Part shown: piece after piece, positions 1 to 9,297 of the stretch
Layout of the letters: each line of letters begins with the position of its first letter
How positions within the stretch are numbered: the first letter of the stretch is position 1
Assembly (NCBI GenBank): GCA_001687465.1
Contig: LVLI01000030.1
Span: 1-64,000 of the forward strand
Reading direction: 5' to 3'
From: Halocafeteria seosinensis
Taxonomy: Eukaryota
Length of the DNA: 64,000 nucleotides
The notes under the pieces: model-generated
Seen by the model: only the letters and a program-made list of their open reading frames with translations
Told to the model about the DNA's origin: nothing
Databases searched by the model: none
Made by a program: the position numbers and the translations under genes

Positions 1-710
1 GACTAATTGCGTCTTTAGTCCATTCCCGTAGGGAGAGGCACCGCTTGTCGGCATATTCTTTTTGAGTAGGCATTTTGGAAGCAGTACCGCGCATTGCTCC
101 AAAAAATTGCTCTACAACTAGGGTTGTAAATGCTAACCCTCTACCATGTTCCACAAAGCAGCTTTCTTGATAATTGCAATGTGAAGCCATCTCCCTTAAC
201 TTTTCTACGACACCTGTAAAGGATGCTTTCAGGATATAGATACCCCAACGCGTTTGAGCAGAGGGAACACCCTCTTTACCGCAGTGTTGAGACCAGCGTG
301 TCATGATCCGGTTTCCAGGTGATACGTAGGGTAAAAGACGCTTTTTCTTTCTTGAGTAGCTTCTGAATCCTAGACTTTTGCCATAGTTTTGTTGTCAGCT
401 TCTGTTTATGCTGCTGTCTTTCATCAAAGCAAAGCAACAACTCGCATTACAAGATATCCTTTGTGTCGGCGCCAACCTGCCAGCAGATACGGCACCTATA
501 TCAACAGTAGGGAAAATAATGATAAGCATATACTCTTACTTGCCCTATGATATCTTCTTTGATAGCTGCGGCGTCCATATCTTTCTCTACTATGCAAATG
601 AAGGTGCTGCCAAGCCGGTCCTCTGGCATCTCCTCCACACTGACGTTGACTTCCATGGTCCCCCGGCCTTTATTCTTTATACAGTCCAGATATCTACCAA
701 ATATGGGCAT
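1..710 (-). pseudogene. Decayed DDE transposase fragment, P-element/THAP9-like C-terminal RNase H region; runs off the window edge
   Basis: My translation of the open minus frame 394->2 gives ...GVPSAQTRWGIYILKASFTGVVEKLREM...AFTTLVVEQFFGAMRGTASKMPTQKEYADK. This resembles the E-x-F-F-x-x-x-R...P-T motif around the last catalytic Glu of P-like transposases. The upstream part (400-710) has stops and a possible short GTAAG...ATAG intron (~496-539). Confidence 0.45.
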
Positions 711-913
711 AAACCACTACTTGAACTTATATAGATTTGTATCAATGCAGTAATTATTAATAATAAAGGTTGCATGATTAATAATACTCTCCCCAAATTA
801 TCCCCGGTACGTCTCGGAGATAAGCCAATTTTGCCCTCGGCCCGGGGGCCCGGAAATAGCGTCAGCCCGGCGGTACACCCCCTGCTGTACCCGGTAATTC
901 TTTTTTTTCGGCC

Positions 914-2684
914 ATGAATATAGAAATACTCATGGACAGGGAACTTATGAAAAAGCTCAATCTAACACCCGATGATTTACGCAATCCATCAGCCCCCGAT
1001 CCAAGACTGTTGGAGCAACCCCATGACCCATGGCGGGAATATACCGCCCCTTCCACCCGTGACAATACCATATGGTATTCTTGGCCAGTATCGCTTTTTA
1101 TCGGACACATGGCATATCGCTGAGCCATCGCAACACCGCACCTCTGAATTTTACAACCCTATGTATCAGGCCAAATACAATCTTCTTCGGGGCCAATCCG
1201 AATCCGGTTCCTACACGTATCCCAAATACCATCCCAGCCAAACCCTTCCCGAACAACCTCTCAACTTCTATGATCAAATGAAAGAGACGTTTGGTGCCCC
1301 GTATCTAGGCTTATCGTCGGAAGAACAGCAACGAATGGATGTGGAAGCCAACAAAGAACGAGGCGATTTCATCATCGCCAAAAAAAGAGGCATGGAAAAA
1401 AAAACAGGAGGAAGTAGAGATCCCAAAGCGTACGGGCAACTTCAGAACCTAATCCGGCAACACTTTGAAAAATTTGAAGACGAGGAAGACCCAGAAGAAA
1501 CCGACGAACCCACCAATCCCGATGAATTTGCCAAAACGTTACCGCTCACCGAAAAGCGGGGGGAGGTGCTTCAACTGAAGAACATGATACAAGAAGTTCA
1601 GACCAGTTTAGGACGAGGAAAGAGCGGAGCGTCGTTCAGTACCCTTCGGATGGAAACGCTGAATAATGGACTTCGTACTTTAGAGCAACATGGTCTTGAA
1701 ATGAAGAAGAAAATTCTAGAGGAAATCAAACGCATGTTAGAGCAATCCATCAACCCATTAGCCGATAAAGACAGCCTTTTCACCGGTAGCAATTTGCCCA
1801 AAATACGGGTCATTCTGATCGCTTACATCTATGTCTTGAAATTGCTTCAAACGTACAATAACCAGAAACGGAAAGACGCTCTAGATGCGTACATGGAAGA
1901 TCTTGTGGATGCCAAAATGCCCCAGTTGATGTCATTTCTGAAGCAACTACAAAGTTGGAGTCGGTTGTCGTCGGATACCATTCGGAAACTGACTCTAAGG
2001 CTTCGCAATATCAACGAAAAAGATTTACGACGTGAAGAACGACAGCAAGAAACCGACCAGCATATTCCAAGAGATGACCACCAGAAGGCTTTGGATCAAT
2101 TTAGTAAAGGGAAACTTTCCAAGAATCAGTTGAAAACACGCAATATCAAAAGAAACGATCTCGTTTGGAAACTTCGGCAACTCAATCTTTCCACCGAAGG
2201 TACAGTTCCACAACTCATGGATCGTCTTAAAAACGCTCAGGCTCAGGTCGACACCAGTGGCCAAGCCCAACAGGATACCAGTGACCAAGCCCAACCGGCG
2301 GAGGAAACGCCTGTTGGTGAAGAAAAGACCGATGAAGAGGATAAGCAAGAGCAAGGCGGTGCCAAGAACCCCTTTAGAGAAGTAAAAAAGGGAATTGATT
2401 TCCTGAAGAGCCTTGGGAATACCGGCAAAGATCATGGTATTGGGTCAAAGGATTTCCAAAGTGAAGAGGAAATTGATGAACTTCAATTGGCGTCGCCGGA
2501 AGAGAAGAAGAAGATGAAACAGAAATTCCGGAAGAAACAAAAACAGAAGAAGAAAGGGAACAAGGGTAAGAAGAAAGGCAAGAAGAAGGGCGGTAATCAA
2601 TCGGATTTCGCCCCGATGCCAATGCCAAAATTTCCAAACAAGCAAGGCGGTAAAAAGTCATCATTGGCGAAACGCCTGAAATAA
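914..2684 (+). CDS. Virus-like coiled-coil protein with SAP domain and Lys-rich C-terminal tail; probable +1 frameshift near 1019-1022
   Basis: ORF 972-2684 (570 aa) carries SAP-like IKRNDLVWKLRQLNLSTEGTVPQLMDRLKN and the tail KKKQKQKKKGNKGKKKGKKKGG. The ATG-initiated ORF at 914 joins it in frame if one C is removed from CCCC at 1019-1022. Confidence 0.65.
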
Positions 2685-2699
2685 TTTTCTTTCGTGTCC

Positions 2700-3002
2700 A
2701 TGATATACGAAAGAATGGAGATTGTCAGTTATGTGTTTCTCAGCCTCTTTGGAGGCGTTTCAGCAATCGGAATCCCGCTTTTTTATCGGTATTGGCGACG
2801 ATTCAATTGCTCGTCCAGTTGTACCAACAGTGACTTTGTCACGACGGTCTGTCGGTTTTCCACCGAAGTGAAAAAGAATGGTCATTCCAATATAGAGCAA
2901 AATGTTCAATGGCCAAAAAATAAAGGAACTGAAGCGGATAGCCCTGTCAGAGAGTCAGATACAAAACAACACGACCAAAAAGATTCCGATCCTAACGTAT
3001 AA
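2700..3002 (+). CDS. Small single-pass membrane protein (virus-like)
   Basis: ATG 16 nt after the preceding stop; hydrophobic IVSYVFLSLFGGVSAIGIPLFY followed by basic RYWRR and CSSSC; overlaps the protease ORF. Confidence 0.5.
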   Translation: MIYERMEIVSYVFLSLFGGVSAIGIPLFYRYWRRFNCSSSCTNSDFVTTVCRFSTEVKKNGHSNIEQNVQWPKNKGTEADSPVRESDTKQHDQKDSDPNV

Positions 3003-3486
3003 TGAAATTTATGGCAAGTCATTGGATCGCTTGACCCGAAACGGGGCGTGTATTCTGTTGTATCTGATTCGGGAGAATTACGGACATTGGGTGAGTCTAT
3101 GTCGTGTTCCCAAAGAGAATGAACCCGATCACTTGATCTACTTTGATTCCTACGGCGAATATCCTGATCAGCCATTAACATGGGCGACACCTGAGAAAAA
3201 CGAAGAAATGGGTCAGAGCCGGCCCTATTTGTTGGAGAAGATCGTACAGCATCCTGATAAGTACGAATACTTCTCGAATCCCTTTCCATTCCAAAACGAA
3301 GATAATCTTGATATTCAGACCTGTGGCAGATGGCAAATTGCTTTTCTTCATTACTGTTGGCATGCCGATGACCCAAGTCTGGTTGGTTTCAAAGACTGGA
3401 TTGATGATATTAAAGAAGAAACCGGTTTGGACACGTATGATCAGACTGTTACTTACTTGACCGATCATATTGACGAACCGGCATAA
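2902..3486 (+). CDS. Adenain-like (CE clan) cysteine maturation protease, virophage/PLV type
   Basis: 194 aa with catalytic motifs in the expected order: ILLY...GH62W, YFD82SYG, Q131, TC141GRW. Size and layout match virophage proteases such as those of mavirus and Sputnik. Confidence 0.88.
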   Translation: MFNGQKIKELKRIALSESQIQNNTTKKIPILTYNEIYGKSLDRLTRNGACILLYLIRENYGHWVSLCRVPKENEPDHLIYFDSYGEYPDQPLTWATPEKNEEMGQSRPYLLEKIVQHPDKYEYFSNPFPFQNEDNLDIQTCGRWQIAFLHYCWHADDPSLVGFKDWIDDIKEETGLDTYDQTVTYLTDHIDEPA

Positions 3487-3509
3487 TAATAACATTAATG
3501 TGTTATTAT
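3486..3509. terminator. AT-rich hairpin between convergent virus-like genes; candidate palindromic termination/polyadenylation signal
   Basis: ATAATAACA-ttaatg-TGTTATTAT, a perfect 9-bp stem starting at the protease stop codon. Confidence 0.45.
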
Positions 3510-3528
3510 AATAGTTCAGTAGCCATAT

Positions 3529-4224
3529 TCAAATATAGCCCCCGTTATACAGCATATATAAATTATCGGGAGAATACCGTAATAAAATCCAAATAATATG
3601 ACTACGAATATGATAATAATCCAAAACTTCATCTTCGTCTAGCACAACATACCAAAACTCTTTGTCCGTCAGGGGGTGGTTTTGGATAAATGGAATATAA
3701 ATATCTGTTCGTCCTCTCGCAATGGCATAGGAGACAAAATCTATCAATAATTGCGAATGTCTTACCGCTTCATTGTCAATGTTTTGGTTTAAATACATTT
3801 CAATGCCCGAACTAGAGGGAATATCCCAATCAAGGATCAAATTATAGCAATCCATTAAGACACCGGAACGGCAATGTAAAGTTTCATCATGGGGAGAACT
3901 TGGCCAGCGATCTTTGTTCGCTTCATCCAAAAACATAAAGGTTTCAAACTCATGCTGAACCAGTAACATCTTATAAACGATCCGAATGGTATTGATACGA
4001 TTCATATCAAGTTTTTCCGCAAATATATCTGTCACTTCCGTCAAGAAATCGTTGAGCCGATGTTTATCCGCTAGAAATTGCAGATTTTCTTGAGCCAAAT
4101 GTGTCATTGTTCTACATGCTTGTTCGCCCTCTAAACGCAAACAGTTAACCCCTTTAATGACGGGCATATGACAACCGGTGTCCGTAATATCTTCATGATC
4201 GTCATCTATGCGTATTCGTGCCAT
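3529..4224 (-). CDS. Hypothetical protein (231 aa) in the virus-like segment
   Basis: ATG-initiated, intronless, AT-rich ORF; no motif recognised. Confidence 0.6.
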   Translation of the reverse strand: MARIRIDDDHEDITDTGCHMPVIKGVNCLRLEGEQACRTMTHLAQENLQFLADKHRLNDFLTEVTDIFAEKLDMNRINTIRIVYKMLLVQHEFETFMFLDEANKDRWPSSPHDETLHCRSGVLMDCYNLILDWDIPSSSGIEMYLNQNIDNEAVRHSQLLIDFVSYAIARGRTDIYIPFIQNHPLTDKEFWYVVLDEDEVLDYYHIRSHIIWILLRYSPDNLYMLYNGGYI

Positions 4225-4310
4225 GCTTGCTATATAAACCGGATGAAAAATTTTTCTATATACCTGCCACTCAAGAAAATCGTAAATCTGATGTCGGTAC
4301 GATACCTATT

Positions 4311-4748
4311 TCAAATATATCCGTATTGATGAACCTTAGAAGCCAGCATTCTTTTGGTTTGGTCATTCGTATCAGTATGGCAACTAAGCATTTGTTCGGC
4401 ATTCTGTTTTTGGATAGATAGTGTATATGTATTTTTACCATTGTCGTTTAAGAAGGCAATCTTTATGTGGTCTGTTGGTACTTCATTCCAAGACAAGTTA
4501 TACTTGTCTGCTAATTCCCGATTTTCTTCTTCAGTTGCCGGCAAATGAATTTTAAAATCACTTTCCGATCGTATCAACAAAAAATGCTCTTGGGAGTAAA
4601 ATATTTCAGGTTCAAATATGTCAGGTGTATACTTTAATTTCTCGAAAAATTCATCTAGAATATGTGTCTTAAAGAAGTCGTAAGCGTTCATATCTGCTAA
4701 CGAATGGGACGGTTTCGCTTTATCATATAATATCAATTTCTCTGCCAT
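4311..4748 (-). CDS. Hypothetical protein (145 aa) in the virus-like segment
   Basis: ATG-initiated, intronless, AT-rich ORF in tandem with 3529-4224; no motif recognised. Confidence 0.6.
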   Translation of the reverse strand: MAEKLILYDKAKPSHSLADMNAYDFFKTHILDEFFEKLKYTPDIFEPEIFYSQEHFLLIRSESDFKIHLPATEEENRELADKYNLSWNEVPTDHIKIAFLNDNGKNTYTLSIQKQNAEQMLSCHTDTNDQTKRMLASKVHQYGYI

Positions 4749-4766
4749 TGGTTGATAGAACTCCTA

Positions 4767-6639
4767 CCCTAGGATGCAGAAATAAGGGCCGATTCTCTCG
4801 TAACTTGAAGTTGCAAGTTTTCGGATGTCAATTTAAAGGGCCGATTCGACAAAACGGTAATATTTGGATGATTTGAAGGTGTTTAATGGAGTGTAAACCA
4901 TCAAAACATAAAGAAAATACATTTGCATTGTACTATTTTTGTCTTACATGGATTATATTTCCATAGGAGTACAGAAAATGGATGGGACAGTCCCAAGGCT
5001 CGACTGCGCGCCAAAAGTTGGGCGTAGAAAGCACCAACGAGGTCCTTCTGGAGAGATGACGCATGCTTCCAGGTGTTTTCAGTGTATGGATAACCTTTCC
5101 ACTTGACAAGAAGGTGCTGTTCTTCTTTGTCTTCCTGCAAGAAGCTCTCCACGTCAAACTGGCTAGGTGGTAAGTCATGTGCACCTGGATCCGAATCCGA
5201 CTGTTCCTCTTGGTCAATGGCCTCTTGCAGCTGCTGCTTTACAAGAAAGGATTTTCGGAACCCTAGCACCGGTAAACCCCTTGCGTTGTACATTAGCTCT
5301 AACTCAGAACGGGTCATGCAAGAGGATCTCCCAGCATGACCGCTTGACCTGGAAGAAGTCGGCGGCCAAATGCTTCGATTCTTCAATGGCTGCGCAATGC
5401 TCCAATGGTCCGCGCTGTTGGTACGTATTATATCCCCAGTCTCTGTGTAAAATCCATGCTTCAAATGTGGGAAGCAATTTGTCGCAGACTGTCGAGCCCG
5501 AACGTGATGGTACGCGACGAAATTCGCTAAGCGGGGCAGAATTGCTTTGTTTAGCAAGTTTTCCAGAATGCAATTGCGCCCCATCCGTTCGCTGAGATAC
5601 AGCTCTCTTGCAGCTCCCCCGAAGCCGGCCTCATCTGCGTCGTTCTTGAGATTGTCTGCAGGATATCAGTTCGTAACTTGTCCGCTACAACACCGAACAC
5701 GCTCAAATCGCAAGGCTGCAGTTTGCAGGTCATACGGGCCGGAATGTAGCTCAACCCAATCAGTGGATACTTAACTGATTGTGGATACTTTCCTTGCGGA
5801 ATGACTTTCTGGTGTGCACGGGTGGAGCGCCTTTTGGCAATCCGGGAATAATGGCAGGAGTCTGACCACATGCTCATTCAATTTGGCCACGATTTACTCT
5901 TCAGACATCCAGTGGTCGATATTACTCTCATTTTTGTATGCATGAAGTATTCGTATTTCGCCGAATAGCCGTGCCATGCGTCCTTATTGGGACGAAACGG
6001 AGATAGTTTGTTTTGGTGGGAACAACCACATGGGTCAACAGCAGTTCTCCACACGCATTCACCACGGGAGTCATGGTGGTCTGTCTTTTCTCGCTTGACG
6101 CAAGAAAGGAAGCAGGTTCAGTTCCCGCATAAATCGTCGTCTTCTACTTGCACCCGCTGCGGAGTAGAATTCTACATTCTTTCGTCCCTGGTACAAGTAG
6201 GTAAGAAGCGGCAATCTACACTCCAGGGTTATTATGGTTACTGAGGATGAATGTGATTGGTTCTCGTGCGTCAGAGCTGCCTACGACTCCTGGAAGGCGT
6301 GTGAGATGTGTGACTAAAGCTCGGCAGTCGAACTTCACAGTGTACATTTTTCTGCAACGGGTTCGCGAACGTTCTGGACGTTCGCAACTTCAACCATCCC
6401 AAGGGGGAGGCAAAGGGGACACACAAAATGACCCCTGGCCACTTTTTCAGCCCTCTTGAGACCAAGAAATCGGGCAATATCTTTGTAACCAGAAATGGTT
6501 TGAAAGCAAAAATTTGACAGAGCACATAAAATATGATTGCCTTCCTCATGGTATTGCTCTCTATCCAATTGAAGACCTGAATAAAGGCGGCAATAATAAG
6601 GGCACATTTAGAATCGGCCCTTATTTCTGCATCCTAGGG
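4767..6639 (-). mobile_element. pogo-like (Tc1/mariner superfamily) DNA transposon, 1873 bp, decayed
   Basis: Perfect 30-bp TIRs CCCTAGGATGCAGAAATAAGGGCCGATTCT (4767-4796 and reverse complement 6610-6639). TA on both sides (4765-4766, 6640-6641). Subterminal repeat AAGGGCCGATTC at 4836-4847. Internal DDE_1 motifs. Confidence 0.9.
4990..6230 (-). pseudogene. Frameshifted pogo/DDE_1 transposase followed by SAP domain and chromodomain
   Basis: Minus-strand fragments in order, broken by stops and frameshifts: EKRQTTMTPVVNACGELLLTHVVVPTKT (~6010-6095); DHWMSEE (~5900); YIPARMTCKLQPCDLSVFG (~5695-5750); SAP-like MTRSELELMYNARGLPVLGFRKSFLV; chromodomain FDVESFL...LLVKWKGYPYTENTWKHASSL. Confidence 0.8.
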
Positions 6640-6690
6640 TATGTCTCTTGCGCACTGCAAAGTAGGAGCATCTCGTTACAAACGACGTTT

Positions 6691-8035
6691 ATGTTGGCAG
6701 CATTGTGCTTCCTTTCGAACGAGGCAGCAGCAACAGATTTACGACCCAGAATTGTAAATGGAACCAAATCCTGCTTTCATTATAACGCGGCTCAACACCA
6801 GTTTGAAATGGATTGTAGTGTGTTGGCATGGGGTGATCAAGGCTATACGAATCAAGATTACATCTCGTTGGATGCGAATGAGATATTCGATGGTGGTCGA
6901 GAAAATGGGCACGTAATAGATCTGAACGGAATAACAAATTTCCATGGCTTGCTCAAGATACTGGACAATGTTACATCATTCGACCAAGCTCCCTTGATTC
7001 GGAACCTGGATGTTAGGAATGGGGCAACTGCATCCTCAGGCGGATTTATTGTCCAATCACACCAGAAATTCTTTATCATAGATTCATGTAGTTCATCAGG
7101 AGATATTGCTGGTGGTTTAGGTGGTGGTATATGTGGTTGGCGAAGTGGTCATGATCATGGTCAAATCAAGATATCGAATTCGTATTCGACAGGTAGGATA
7201 CTGGGTAACGCTGCAGGTGGTATTGCAGGACTCCAAGTAGGAATCTATCATGGGACTGTCAATATCACGGATTGTTATTCCACTGGGACTATTGAAGGAG
7301 AAAGTGCAGGTGGTATTTGTGGCAATGTTGCTGGTCGGAATGGTCAAGTGTATATAACTCATTCCTACTCCACAGGAGATATCATTGCTAGTGGTCGATC
7401 CAGCGGTGGTATTGTGGGTCACAATGCTTGCTGGGACAAGGGACTCGTTTATATCCAAGAATGTTATAGTATGGGACAAATATCTGCAGATTATAGTGGA
7501 GGCATTAGTGGGGCTGACACAGCAGAGAATAACGGTGAAGTACATATTGTAGATTGTTATACACGAGGAGATATTAGTGGCACCAAAGCAGGAGGTATTA
7601 CAGGAGACAGGACAGGAGGAGAATCAAGTCGTGCTACAGGTGATGTCTACATCACAAATACATATGCATCAGGTACAGCCACGGGGACGAATGCTGGTGG
7701 AATTATAGGATCTATATTAAGCGAAGCTAGTGGAACAATCCACGTGAAATATTCGGTATACAACGGAAATGGACAGCCGATCGTAGGAGTGGATGATGGA
7801 AATAGGTTGGTCGATACAGACAATTCAAATGAATTGACGGACATATGGGGACAACTGTATCAACCGGGAGAGTGGTCTGAGGACGTATGGGCGTTAGATA
7901 ACGACGAGGAGAATCTGCTACCAATTCTACGCTTTCAAGTACCAGCGAGTCTTACTTCTTCACCCATGGCGACACCATCAACGACAACGACAAGGTCGGA
8001 AACTCCTTCAAGCAGCTGTACCCCCACTCCATCGA

Positions 8036-8066
<31 letters not shown>

Positions 8067-8409
8067 GTCGCATAGCCAAACAAGGACTCCGACTCGACCG
8101 GCAAGCCCCACGCCAACTTTGACACTTACTCAAACTTCCACTTTCACGTCGACGACCACTAGGTCAGAGACTCCGTCAGGTGCTGCAAGTGCTACACCAG
8201 CTTCGACATCTACTAGCTCGGCTTCATCTTCTACCAGAAGTTCTCCGACGACGACAGGAACGTCATCGTCGAGCTTCACTCCGACTCGAAGCTCCATCCC
8301 CACAGCTTCCGAAACAAATAGCGCTTCAGTTACGGATAAACCAGACGATCAGTTTGACAAGATCACTGTACTACCTGCTCAAAGATCCAAACGCATAGTA
8401 AACGGCTGA
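6691..8409 (+). CDS. Secreted/surface protein with GLUG-like Gly-rich repeats and Ser/Thr-rich mucin-like tail
   Basis: Hydrophobic N-terminus; about seven repeats of the form IxxxYSTGxI....GGIxG; S/T/P-rich region ~7950-8330; intronless. The ORF-track start at 6514 lies inside the transposon, and the first ATG outside it is 6691. Confidence 0.8.
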
Positions 8410-8599
8410 AGATGTTCGGCCGGCCAGGCATTTCAAGGAACCTCGTCCGTTGTCGCCGCTTTCCGGTCCCCCTTTTCCCCGTCTTCGTAGGTAATGATGC
8501 CTTCTATGCTGTCTTAAGAAAAAATGTATATCCTCTCCATCCTCGTTTTTAACAAGGGCTGCAAGTTCTTCATGTCCCCCCACTGTTGCGTCGTAGTCG

Positions 8600-9150
8600 G
8601 ACCGCGCAGAGTCAAACTACCTTCCTCTTAGGTCTATTAAGAGCTTCATGCAAGGTGTTATTACTGCTCCCATAGCACCTTGAGTTTACTATTGTTTCGT
8701 TTGTGTCCTCCTTGTATCTTTCTTTCTACTCCCTCAACTTCGAATATTTCGTCCACGTCCGTCGGTGGCGACGTCCTATAAGATACCTCCGGTTGGTGTA
8801 TAGAGAGTTTGTGAAGCTCCGGGTCCATCTTCACACCGCGATATACGTACACCAGGAGGGAGCTCGTGTATATACAGGACGGTACGGACTATGGAATAGG
8901 ACTACCGCATTGACTGCAACTAATGGAGCTCAGGTGCTCAACCTGATATCCCGACGGAAGGAAGCCGAACATACCGAGGTGGTCGCACTGAGGAAGTGAG
9001 GTTTCCCAACACAAACACAAAGGTATAATGCCGACGAGCAGTCCAAATAATATGCATGGCATTTCGAAAACTGATCGGTAGAATTCGCGTGGCAGTAAGT
9101 GTTCAGCGAAGTTGGTCTTAGACACTAGTGTCGTTTGCAACATTTTGTGG
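8600..9150 (-). pseudogene. Degenerate remnant with chromodomain-like segment, probably TE-derived
   Basis: DEIFEVEGVERK...KLKVLW followed by stops; neighbouring frames are broken. Confidence 0.3.
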
Positions 9151-9297
9151 ATGATGGATGATTAAAGAGTACGGCGAAGTAAAGAAACCTCAGGGGTGTA
9201 CAAATTGTATAACGGAATAATGCCACGGATAAGCAATTGGAGGAAGCAATGTTTCAGGACTGGTTTCTTGAATGGGGAGGTGGGCCTACCCTCTGCA

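Larger units (their letters stand above)
750..4764. mobile_element. Partial endogenous virophage / Polinton-like virus segment
   Basis: Tightly packed, overlapping, intronless ORFs, AT-richer than host genes especially at 3500-4750. Contains an adenain-family cysteine protease of virophage type and an AT-rich hairpin between convergent ORFs. No capsid, ATPase or polymerase gene was recognised, so it is a fragment. The left boundary is approximate. Confidence 0.7.

Noticed and set aside
408..753. Plus-strand ORFs 408-734 and 547-753 as viral genes
   Set aside because: No motifs; they lie antisense to the decayed transposase-like sequence.
750..4764. A complete, autonomous virophage
   Set aside because: Only ~4 kb; no recognisable capsid, packaging ATPase, polymerase, integrase or paired terminal repeats.
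6514..6690. N-terminal extension of the 631-aa ORF in the ORF track
   Set aside because: It starts at TTG inside the transposon and reads through the right TIR; fortuitous.
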